This document shows positions 12,893 to 22,519 of a stretch of 47,692 bases of DNA, piece after piece. Source of the stretch: Glaucostegus cemiculus (taxonomy: Eukaryota); NCBI GenBank assembly GCA_976551045.1, contig CDPCPM010000059.1, forward strand, positions 9,114,001 to 9,161,692, in the 5' to 3' direction. The notes below the pieces were generated by a model. The model was not told the origin of the DNA and did no database searches. It saw only the letters and a list, made by a program, of their open reading frames with translations. The translations under genes were made by a program, and so were the position numbers. How positions within the stretch are numbered: the first letter of the stretch is position 1; every line of letters starts with the position of its first letter.

Positions 12893-12952
12893 TGATTCTG
12901 ATTTGGGAGATGGACGGGATGGATTGGCCGGTTGCTGTGGGGATACAAGCAT
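10148..12952 (-). CDS. CR1 ORF2: APE endonuclease plus reverse transcriptase (934 aa; first ~20 aa come from flanking DNA)
   Basis: APE motifs ITETWL, GVYYRPP, MGDFN, LDLVL, SDH; RT motifs GNYRPVSL, DFSKAFD, GVPQGSVLGP, FADD; CR1 C-terminus RRRMRGDLIEVFK...FFTQRVV..WNALP. Confidence 0.93.
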   Translation of the reverse strand: MLVSPQQPANPSRPSPKSESELRAWIGMGDYDIVAITETWLSSGQEWVLNIPGFQCFKKDREGGRRGGGVAILVRDDVTAAERAEFAEGSSFESVWVEVRNRKSVVTLLGVYYRPPGSSRDIEEQIGRQCLDRSKDNRVVIMGDFNFPNIDWDMLSARGLDGNEFVKCVQDGFLEQYVDKPTRGNAVLDLVLGNEPGQVRDLLVGEPLGDSDHSSISFRIVMDRHKCRERRKIFNWGRADYEAIRKELGSVNWEVLFEGMCTVEMWTLFRDVLQDVGDRYVPARRRKNGIVKEPWVTREVERLVRRKKEAYVRCKRQGSDVAREEYSIVRRELKKELRRARRGHEKMLARRVKENPKAFFSYVKGRRMTRVKVGPIKDKGGRMCLEAAEVGEVLNEYFSSVFTKERGLDDVTVSADKGNILEYVAIEREEVMKLLSSIKTDKSPGPDGIFPRLLREAREEIVDPLVRIFESSLSTGMVPEDWRVADIVPLFKKGSRDSPGNYRPVSLTSVVGKLLERILRDRIYEHLESHGLIRDSQHGFVKGRSCLTSLIEFFEEVTRKLDEGRAVDVVYMDFSKAFDKVPHGRLLQKVRGRGIQGRLAVWIRNWLSCRRQRVMVEGVPSDWRAVTSGVPQGSVLGPLLFVIFIDDLDEGVEGWVGKFADDTKIGGVVDSVEDCRSLHGDIDRMQKWADRWQMEFNPEKCEVVHFGRTNSRTEYKVNGKVLGSVEEQRDLGVHIHSSLKVASQVDRAVKKAYGMLAFINKGIEFKSREVMMLLYKTLVRPHLEYCVQFWSPHYRKDVEALERVQRRFTRMMPGLEGMEYKERLKVLGLYSLERRRMRGDLIEVFKILRGIDRVNSQRLFPRAQMLKTRGHAFKIIGEKYRGDVRGKFFTQRVVGAWNALPGVVVEVDTLDRFKRLLDKHMEECGIVGYEGGKS

Positions 12953-13401
12953 CTTCTGCCATGTGGAAACTTGGTTCGTGGCAATATCATTGCGTCTTGC
13001 AGAGAAATCTGAATGGTTGAGTTACATTCTCTTGGTAAACTACATGGTTTATTATATTTTTATTTAAGTATATAGCTGGAATGTAGGCAGACTGTTCAGT
13101 TTAGGAATATTTCTCTGGAATATAACCTTGTCGCAACCTGGGGAAGACCTATATATAGGTCAATGGGCCTTAAACGATGGGGTAGACAAGAAAAAGAGAG
13201 GGACCAGGATCAAACATAAACATTTACATCAAACCAACAGTGCGCTTTGCTCTCAGTGTCTCAACACCACAGTTGCTTGTGAGTGTGGACGGGATCTGAT
13301 CGTGTGACAGTGGAGATTGACAGGCTTCTTGTACAGATGGAAGAATTTTCCAAGCTCCTTTCTATGATTACCTAAGAATTGCATGAGAACTATAAGAAAT
13401 G

Positions 13402-13580
13402 AAACAGAAAATGCTAGAATACTCAGTAGGCCGGTCCGTACCTGTGGATGCAGGAAGAGAGTGAATGTTTGATGGCAATCGTCCTTCAATCTGAAAACTA
13501 ATCTCAGCTGGAAAACTAACTTTGTTTCTTCCCTCACAGGCGTGGCCTGACCTGCGGAGAGTTTATGGCATTTTCTGTTT
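13402..13580. mobile_element. Old palindromic element, probably an inverted Penelope pLTR pair from a different subfamily
   Basis: Ends aaacagaaaatgc / gcattttctgttt are exact reverse complements; arms stay roughly complementary inward and resemble the pLTR copies elsewhere. Confidence 0.6.
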
Positions 13581-13894
13581 TATCCCAACAATTACAGCTT
13601 TGTTTTGCTTTTCATTGAGCCTACAGTAGTTTTTTTTTCTCTCAATAACCTTTGATGACTAGGCACACATACGGTATGCCTGAGATTGTTTATCTATGGT
13701 ATGACCAAAAACTTAGTGGATTTTAGTAAACTGTGTTTTGCTTAAATACTAGCTAGACAAAAAGTGAAGATTTTCAGCCCAAGTCTAAAGATACTCACAC
13801 CACACCCACTCAAGCAGACAAAGTCCGCCATCAACATGAGAGGAAACCAACTCTATAGAACTTCAGTTGACAGCACTGTCCCTTCAGATAGAGT

Positions 13895-14785
13895 CATGCA
13901 GTTATAGAGTTAGATCATGCAGAACAGGCCCTTCCACCCACAATGTCCATGCTGGCTTTCAAGTACCCATTTCTACTTATCCCATTTGCCAGCACTTGGT
14001 TCCTAGCCTGCTATGCCTTGGGAATTCAAGTGCTCATCTGCATATTTCTTAAATACTGTGAGAGTAGATGCCTAAACCATTCCTTCAGAAACTATGAAAC
14101 TAAAACGTCCTCTTCAGGTCGCTTCTAAATTTCTTACCCCCTTATCCTAAAACTATGCCCTCTAGTTCTACGATGTGGAAAGGTTTTACACTATCTGCCC
14201 TATCCATACCTTTCGTAATAACTATATGAGGTCCCCTCTCAGCCTCCTTCGTTAATATCCTTGCACATCTTTTAAAAGTGATGGTAATGACAATCTTTTG
14301 AGTGGTTCATATACTTATAATACTGAAAAAGAAAAGAAGACTTTAATAAATATAACAGGAAATTTCCACTGCCTGCAATTATCAATCCTGTCACCAAACT
14401 GTCAGCTTCTCTGAAGGATTTTTTGGGAAGAGCTACATGCAAGTAAAAATATCACGAGAACAAACGTAGCCCATAAATAACTGAATTCAATCCTCATAAC
14501 TGAAGCACTCCATCCCAGACAACATCCCAGTAAATTTTCCCCAAACTCCTTCCAAAGCAAGCATGTCCTTCCTATAGTATGACAACCAAAACTGTACATA
14601 CAATAATTGTGTATTTCCTACTCTTCTAAATTGCTTCCACTTGTACGCTTCAGGGTTAAATTCTATCTCATTACTTTGTCCATCTTTACAACTGATCAAT
14701 ATCATCCTATAGACTAAGACAATCCTCCTCTCTATTGTCAACACCACCAATTTTCATGCCATCTGCAAACTAGCTGAGATCACCT
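13895..14785 (-). mobile_element. CR1 LINE 3' fragment, interrupted at 14252-14462
   Basis: acaggcccttccacccac 3' end; peptide YVQFWLSYYRKDMLALEGV; ccatctgcaaac (FAD motif, reverse complement). Confidence 0.82.
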
Positions 14786-15229
14786 ATATTCATTGGAACA
14801 TTATTTCTGCAGCTTCCAATCTAACTGATGACCAAAACAATTGTGCTGTTATCTGGTAAGCCAGGGGATGTTTGAGTTGCAGCTTTTTTCCTTAACTTGT
14901 AGCTTTTCTTATTGACAAAAGCAGAAACCTACGTAAGAGGTTATGGCACAGAGAATATTCTGGTGAAGATCATAATCATTGTAATGCCAATCCTCTGCCA
15001 CATACTTCAAAACATCTGTGTTTTCGGGATATTTTTACTTGCATGTAGCTCTTCCCAAAAAATCCTTCAGAGAAGCTGACAGTTTGGTGACAGGATTGAT
15101 AATTGCAGGCAGTGGAAATTTTCTGTGATATTTATTAAAGTCTTCTTTTCTTTTTCAGTATTATAAGTATATGAACCACTCAAAAGATTGTCATTAAAAT
15201 CACTTTTAAAAGATGTGCAAGGATATTAA
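14252..15229. repeat. Long inverted repeat: arms 14252-14462 and 15019-15229
   Basis: Manual alignment gives 211 bp with 6 mismatches and no gaps; spacer about 556 bp. Confidence 0.95.
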
Positions 15230-15830
15230 TTCAGACCTACTATAAGAAATGATAAATTAAGCATTAAAATACTCACATATTATGCTGACTGTTAAAATAA
15301 TGGTATTTACATATTACAAAGACGGCAACTATGACAAGAATTCTTACTGTAAATTATGTTTTTCTCTCTGAAGTTGCATGCTTGCAATGTCAACTGACCT
15401 CATAATTTCTGCATTTGTGAAAGAACTTACATTAATGATTGAAGGTCGATCATTGTCAATTAATGACTCATAAAAAAAACTTGAAACAAAATTAATTCTA
15501 AAAAATGTTCAATTCTGAAACACAATCTCATTTCTATCCAATCAGAGTTTTACTCCTTTCATGTTAAATGGATTAACATTGTCATTGATTTAAAGTCATG
15601 TACAATAACTTAAAGCCATTTTTAACAGTTAACAAATGTGCAAGCTTTGAATGACATTTGATATCCAAAAGAATGACCTTACATTATTTTTTTCATTGAT
15701 ATGAGCAAATGGCCAATGAAATTGCACAAAAAAAATTCAGAAAAAAAAACAACAACTTGTGCATAGATGTCTTAAGTGTCATTTTAAAAGTCAAATCCGT
15801 ATCCTTGCAAGGAGCTCCTGAAACATCTGC

Positions 15831-15958
15831 TACAGGAAGATTCTATAGTTTGTTTAAATTTTTTAAAATGTTCTGGTTAAAGCAAGATTCATGTTACAGG
15901 AGGATCTTCTAGATTGCTTAAATTTAAAAAAAATGTTCTGGTTGAAACAAGATTTATC
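15831..15958 (+). repeat. Two-copy tandem duplication, 64-bp period
   Basis: tacaggargat...taaattt...aaatgttctggtt.aa.caagatt starts at both 15831 and 15895. Confidence 0.8.
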
Positions 15959-16384
15959 TACTTTGTTGTTTTATTTTGGGATAATGATGGGAAATTCTCC
16001 TCAAGCCTTTCCACACTATGCATTTGTTGAGCTCTGTTTTTATTTAAATTTTAATTGTTAATTTTAATTGTTCCTCCATCGATGCCCCTTCCTTCAGTTG
16101 CCAAGCTTTTAGGTGCTGATATTCCCTCCCTAAACTGTCTGTCTCCCTCTCTGTTTCTTCTTCTTTAAGCTTATATATAATTCTCATTCTTGTTATTTCC
16201 TTATGTTACCTGATGTTAAATTGTGTTTAATAATGCTATCTTGATACACCTTGGGCATTTAATCATGTTAAAGGGGTGAACAAATTTGTCAGCACTGCTA
16301 CTATTTTCCAAGTGATCAAAACACCACAATATTTCCCATCTATCAATTTTGCTACACTTTAATTCTCTTCTTCCTATAGAAGGT

Positions 16385-16772
16385 TGTCATGATTTTGAGT
16401 ACTGGCCCTTAGATGCCTTGTTGTACAGCACATGGATTCCATGCTGGACTGATTGCATAATGACACACACCTGAGCCCCAACAGGGGCCTAGCATAAGTA
16501 CTTGGGTTCCACTAGCACTAGTGGCCAGAGTATGGTCAACTTTCAGGTATACTCCAGTTCCTTAGCGTGGTCTACTCCAGAGCAGTCCTGTGTTCTCTAT
16601 TCCTGCTTGAAGATTCAGTTTGTGTTGGGATTACTACTCAGATCTCAAAGGCAAGATTTCCTTCCAGTTGCTGCCTGTGTTTGGTCCTGAGGAAGTATCC
16701 TGACTCCAGTCTTGTACCAGTGTGCTGCATTTGGGTTCTCTGTGATCTTGTTCTTCAATCAACATTGTGACA
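16385..16772 (+). mobile_element. Solo LTR (Gypsy-like), copy 2, with perfect 5-bp TSD
   Basis: aaggt|TGTCA...TGACA|aaggt; 388 bp; colinear with 5962-6374. Confidence 0.85.
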
Positions 16773-17257
16773 AAGGTTAATACACATTTGATCTATAATA
16801 TTGTCATTTGGACATTTGAGGAGTGGAAACTAGACATCTTGCCCACACTGCAAAAACCAAATGATTTTTCTGGAAATAACATGTAACTTTTATTAACAGA
16901 AACATGATGTTCTGTGATGTTTTTAAAATTATTGTGAAAATTACATAAATTTCATGAACTAATGTTGATTTTTAAAGTAACAATCATGACCAATTACAAC
17001 ATGTTTTACATTACCTCTGCAGCCAGAATTGAACCAGCAAATAAATATGGAACCTTGCAGGAATGAGCTACCACTGGAATAGTTAGATTTAAGAATGAAA
17101 AAGTACCCAGAAATGACAGTGTAAATACATTGAGTATAATGTTGGAGAAGGTCATCAAGATAGTGAAGGAGAATGGCTTTGAAAACAATAATCATTAATG
17201 TTGGGATAATACTTTACTAGGATCCAAAGTGGCTGAACCAGAAATGAGTGAATGTTA

Positions 17258-17570
17258 GAGACACAAGAAACTGCAGATGCTGGAATTTGGAGCAACAAAA
17301 ACTCCGCTGCAATAACTCAATGGGTCAAGCAGCATCTGTGGGCGCAGAGGAATTGTTGGTGTTTCAGGTCAAAAGCCTGCAAAATAACTGAGATCAGAGA
17401 GAGGAGATAGCCAGCATAAAGAGGAGAAAGAGGTGTGAGACAGGAACCCCAATTGATTGCTAGACTGATGGGGAGAGGTGAAGAATGACTGGCAGGTTAA
17501 ACTAGGCAGGGGAGGTGATGGGTGGAGTTGGGAGACAGAGGCAAGTGGATGATGAATGAAGGCAGAGGGA
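17258..17570 (-). mobile_element. Penelope-like pLTR fragment
   Basis: gagacacaagaaactgcagatgctggaatttggagc terminus and following purine-rich segment match 26903-27250. Confidence 0.8.
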
Positions 17571-17975
17571 AAAAAAAATTGTTAAATTGGGCAATGTGAG
17601 TTATGACATCTGCAGCATGTTTTTGGACAACCTCACATCTGCAGGTATAGCCTTCTGATACCTCACACATTTTGCTTATAGAAGTTCAGGTATTACAGTT
17701 AGTTTGCTAGCTACCTGTGAGCTTATCGGGTGATAATAAATGATTAATAGGCAGCTGTGCTGATAAACCCAATTATTTCAAGCTGTGGCCCAATTCTCCA
17801 ATACACACAAATGAATTACCATCTCATTTGCAACATACAGTTTTCCAATTAATGAATGATTACTTGAAATCCACACACTGTGCAATCCTAAAAACATACA
17901 TCTTGTCATCTTCTGCTTCAGATCTCTGACACATGACTATTTACTTCCATTGTTACTAAAATTAGCCGTAAAATT

Positions 17976-19670
17976 GGCCTTCGCCAGAAGAACAGGCTTT
18001 GAGACTTACCCCAGCCAGTGTGGGGAAAGCCCTTTCACAGGTTAACCCTCGGAAGGCTGCGGGACCGGACAGCATACCAGGGCGGGTACTCAGGGACTGT
18101 GCGGACCAGCTTAAAGATGTACTGGCTGACATCTTCAACATCTCCCTACAGCAGGCTGTTGTTCCTAAGTGCCTAAAATCTGCCACCATCATACCTGTTC
18201 CCAAGAAGTCTCCTCCAAAGTGTCTGAATGACTACCGTCCTATAGCCCTAACACCGATTGTCATGAAATGCTTTGAGAGGCTAGTTATGAAGCACATTAG
18301 AGCCTCCCTCCCCCCATCCTTGGATCCTCATCAGTATGCTTATCGGGCAAACAGGTCAACCGATGATGCAGTCTCCTCTGCCATGCACTCTGCACTACAT
18401 CACTTAGAGAAGAAGGACTCATACTGCCGGCTGCTATTCATTGACTTCAGCTCCGCTTTCAATACCATCATCCCACAACAACTTATCAGGAAGTTGAGCG
18501 CTCTGGGCATCAACACTCCTCTCTGCAACTGGATACTGGATTTTCTAACTGGCAGGCCGCAGTCAGTCAAAATTGGTGAAAACATCTCAAGCACCATCAC
18601 ACTGAGCACTGGCTCCCCTCAGGGTTGTGTGCTCAGTCCGCTCCTGTTCACCTTGTTGACCCACGACTGTGAGGCCAGATTCAGCTCCAACCGCATTGTT
18701 AAATTTGCCGATGACACGACAGTGGTGGGTCTTGTTACGAATGACGATGAGTCGGACTATAGAGAGGAGGTGAACCAACTAGCCGTGTGGTGCCATGACA
18801 ACAACCTCTCCTTGAATGTGGATAAAACCAAGGAGATGATAGTGGATTTTAGGAGGGGTCATCGTGTGCACGCCCCGCTGACCATCAACGGGTCTGCTGT
18901 GGAACAAGTACGCAGCACCAAGTTCCTGGGGGTGCACATCACCGACGACCTGACCTGGTCCACTAACATTACGGCCCTCACGAAGAAGGCTCAGAAACGC
19001 CTCTACTTCCTGCGGAGACTGAGGAAAGCGTACCCACACCCCACAGTCATGAAATCCTTCTACAGGGGGACCATTGAGAGCATCCTAACTCAATGTATCT
19101 CTGTTTGGTTTGGAAGCTGCTCAGCTGCTGGGCGGAAGTCCCTTCAGAAGATAGTTAAGGCTGCGGAGTGGATCATAGGTGTCTCGCTTCCATCCCTCGC
19201 AGACATATACAAAGACCGTTGTGTGAGGAAGACCAAAAGCATAATGGCGGACCCCTCTCACCCCTCCCACCACCTCTTCACAATTTTGCCATCAGGGAGG
19301 AGGCTTAAATGTATCAGGGCAAGAACGTCCAGGCTGAACAATAGCTTCTTTCCGCAAGCCATAAGAACTGCAAACTCTCTCATCCCTCCATCTTCCTTTG
19401 TCAACACTAGGAGATGCTAGGTGCACAGAAATGCACCAGCACTTTAAATGCCCGACACCAGCCTGTTCACTTTAAGATCTATTTATGTAAGAACTAATGG
19501 TAATGTTTTTGTACTGTGTATTCTGCCAAGTGTGTATGTGTCTCTCTGTTGGTTGTTATGTTATTCTTTTTTTATGAGACGTGTTCCTGTGGAGGACGGT
19601 ATCTCGCTCCTATGCGTACCATGTATGTATATGGTTGTGACAATAAAACTGATTCTGATTCTGATTCTGA
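17976..19670 (+). mobile_element. Young Rex1/Babar-type LINE, 5'-truncated
   Basis: Intact RT ORF; 3' UTR ending gtgacaataaaa plus (ctgatt)n tail. Confidence 0.93.
17999..19420 (+). CDS. Rex1/Babar reverse transcriptase (partial ORF, endonuclease lost, no ATG at the start)
   Basis: [78 protein letters not shown]; no stops or frameshifts over 473 codons. Confidence 0.88.
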   Translation: MRLTPASVGKALSQVNPRKAAGPDSIPGRVLRDCADQLKDVLADIFNISLQQAVVPKCLKSATIIPVPKKSPPKCLNDYRPIALTPIVMKCFERLVMKHIRASLPPSLDPHQYAYRANRSTDDAVSSAMHSALHHLEKKDSYCRLLFIDFSSAFNTIIPQQLIRKLSALGINTPLCNWILDFLTGRPQSVKIGENISSTITLSTGSPQGCVLSPLLFTLLTHDCEARFSSNRIVKFADDTTVVGLVTNDDESDYREEVNQLAVWCHDNNLSLNVDKTKEMIVDFRRGHRVHAPLTINGSAVEQVRSTKFLGVHITDDLTWSTNITALTKKAQKRLYFLRRLRKAYPHPTVMKSFYRGTIESILTQCISVWFGSCSAAGRKSLQKIVKAAEWIIGVSLPSLADIYKDRCVRKTKSIMADPSHPSHHLFTILPSGRRLKCIRARTSRLNNSFFPQAIRTANSLIPPSSFVNTRRC

Positions 19671-22039
19671 ACCTCATTTTCTTTCTTCAAGAAGGTCCAA
19701 AAAAAATCTCAGGATTTTTAACTTTTCTACAAGTTTTTCTTTTAATCATCTGTGCCCTGGAATCAGGGCACTGTGAAATGCACACATTATCTACAAAAGA
19801 GTTTATGGAGGTTTTTAAAAGCTTTTAAAATTTTGATGAAATTGAATATTAAAAATCCCTGGAATTAGGGTATTATTCAAAATGAAAATTTGGTTTATGC
19901 TTAAATGATGTTTCTGAAATGTCTGACTGTTCACCTGGTAGTGCTTTCTCAAATGATTCAAGCATACTTAACAGAAAGCTTCTCTGATGCATAGGGAATA
20001 ATCCTGTTCCAGTCCCCATATTCAGCTGAAATTCCCTTCTTTGGGGTATCTGAAACAAATTTGCACAGATCTTTTTAAGGACAGTTGCTCCATTCACTGT
20101 CTGTAGTATCTTTTTCTCTCTTGATTCAGTTGGAGATTCTAATTTATGAAGTTGTCTGGTTTGTCATGTACTTCTAGTCCTCCTTTTGCCTCATTCCATT
20201 GGCCATAATTGACTATATTGTTGGCAGGTTTCTTAACCATAGAGGGCATTGAACACCAAGGCTGATTCTCTTCTTCATCAACATCTACAGTATCTGAACA
20301 CAGTGCCTTTTTTGAGGCAAAAGGGAAGAGTATTGAATGCTAATCTCAATTTATTTACCTTTCCAGTTTAGCCATGCTGAGATCCTTTTAGCTCCATACC
20401 TCAGAACCAAATGAGATCACAATCCTTGTATATACTGGGCAGCAGTTTTAATTCATTTGCCCTTTGAATTCTCTGAATTATTCCTAATCTCATTGTGGCA
20501 ACTGAAATGTTTCTGCTGAAGTTTTCTTTAAACTGATGCAGATTTTTTTAATTCAATAATTAATTGATGGTTTGCATCATTATAGTTGTAGATTCATCAA
20601 CTTAATAGTTTATTGCTGGCATGTTCTGGAGCTCATTACACAGTGCTGCTATTTCTGGTTGTGGTTAATTGGGGAAGATGTCAAAACAAAATTAACAAAT
20701 AACAGACTGACATTGCTCTTTGAGTTATTAGCAATTGTGTATTTATGAATGGATCATTTCAAAACTTGGAAAACAGCAAAGCAAGTTAAAATTCCTGAAG
20801 AAAATAGCAGAGGTTGAAATTCTTTGAAAGATGCTTTGTAAATTTGGTCTGAAAAATCAGTGAAATCTACTCACCAGTGGCATTGCACCTCAGAACTCAG
20901 GGGATTATGGCTTTTGTTTAGAGAATTAGAGCTGGTGGAACATTTCACTGGATAATAGCCACATATTTGATGTCTTGCTGGCATACTATTTAGTGTCACC
21001 TCACTATGATTTAAATGAAGATGTAGCTGCAGAATATTTCATCTCCAGTTGCTAATATTGAATGTACTATATAGCAGTACAAAAGTGTTACTCCCTTTCC
21101 TTAAAAAAAATCATTCCATTAAAATTAATAAAAAATGGACCTGCAGGACAGTACAGTGCTCTGTTGTGTTAACATGTGTTTAGCACCAATAAGCAGGCAT
21201 AAATTTCCAGATAAATTAATCATTTAAATTGTCTGGCATACTAAAATTGGATGGACCTTTTTTTTCAGTATCATGTCAAAATTGAAAGGTCCCATTCATT
21301 CCACTACTTTGTAATCCTCCAAAGCTGAAGAAGACCAGTTTGATAAAAGAAAGAAGATAAACAGAATTCAGAATCCTACTTTTCAATAATTCAATTGTGG
21401 TTATAAATCCAATATAATATACTTATTTGGAGCTAGTGGTGAAATATTCACCATCCTCACAGACAGGTAACTTTATCAGACATTTGTCCATTATACGCAC
21501 TATATAAAGTTAATAGAAAGAAAAATCAATACAAAAATGTAATGTCCAATCAATCTGCAACCATTTGTTCTCCACCCAACCAAGGGGGGAAAAAAACCCA
21601 CTGTTAATCACTCTAAAATATATAGTTATTTTTCAAAAATGTTTCCAGTATGGAAAATCCTTAAATAGAAATATTGGCTGGAAAGAATTTTCCACCATGG
21701 GGTTATTTATTGACTTGTACATCTCCTGTGAGGTTCTATACTTGAAATGTAGAGAAACTCAACAGAAAGTTTTCTTCTGAGTTCAATTGGGGGTTTCATT
21801 AAGAGTGACATATACCTGATGAGCTTTCCAATTTGTTTGCCTGCAATTCGATTAGGTTGAGACATACAAAACACCTACAAGACACAGATAAGTTGTGGGG
21901 TACACTGTGACAAAGATCACTATTAAGAGACAGGTAACAGATGGAAGATGATAAAATAATAATAATGGAGAACCTCTTAGGAGTGCTGTTAATTGAAGAA
22001 ATCAGTGTTAAAAGTATTGGTTGAAAATTCCAGAAGGGA

Positions 22040-22190
22040 CAATAGAGCAGTACAACACAGGAACAGGCCCTTTGGACCACCATGTTTGCACGAACAATGA
22101 TACCTAATCCTATCTACCTGTCCATAGTTTGTATCTCTCTGTTCTTTGCCTGCTCATGTTTCTGTCTAAATGCCTTTTAAAAGTTCCTGC
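22040..22190 (-). mobile_element. CR1 3'-terminal fragment
   Basis: cagtacaacacaggaacaggccctttggaccac matches the CR1 3' end in reverse complement. Confidence 0.7.
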
Positions 22191-22519
22191 CATGGAAAGT
22201 GGTAGAAACAAATGAGAGGAAATGATAGAAATTAATGTGTTTTTGTTTAATATAGCAAGTTGTTGTAATATTGAATGCCCTATTAGAGAGACTAGTGGAT
22301 GATTCAATGGTGATTTTCTAAAGGAAATCTGATTGATGTCTGAAAGGAGATTACAGTAAGGTTACTTGAAAAGAATAGGATAAACAGAATAGGATAGCTC
22401 TTTCAAAGAGCTGGAACAAACATGAATTGTATCCACTAAAGGAAAATCAAGCAACTGTAGATGTTGGAAATCTGAAATAATGAGTTCAGAGTTATCACAA
22501 GCACCTACATAAGTTGGAT

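Noticed and set aside
14252-15229. DNA transposon with 211-bp TIRs
   Set aside because: No TSD; CR1 sequence continues across the left arm into the spacer, so only one arm was inserted.
5962-16772. A single 10.8-kb LTR retrotransposon bounded by the two LTRs
   Set aside because: Copy 2 has its own TSD, copy 1 lies inside a Penelope fragment that continues on both sides, the LTRs are quite diverged, and the RT between them is a CR1 LINE.
19813-19830. 18-bp palindrome ttttaaaagcttttaaaa
   Set aside because: Low-complexity AT-rich word that is plausible by chance.
19873-20097. 74-aa minus-strand ORF as a host exon
   Set aside because: No recognisable homology, GTG start and no convincing splice acceptor; its length is within chance expectation.
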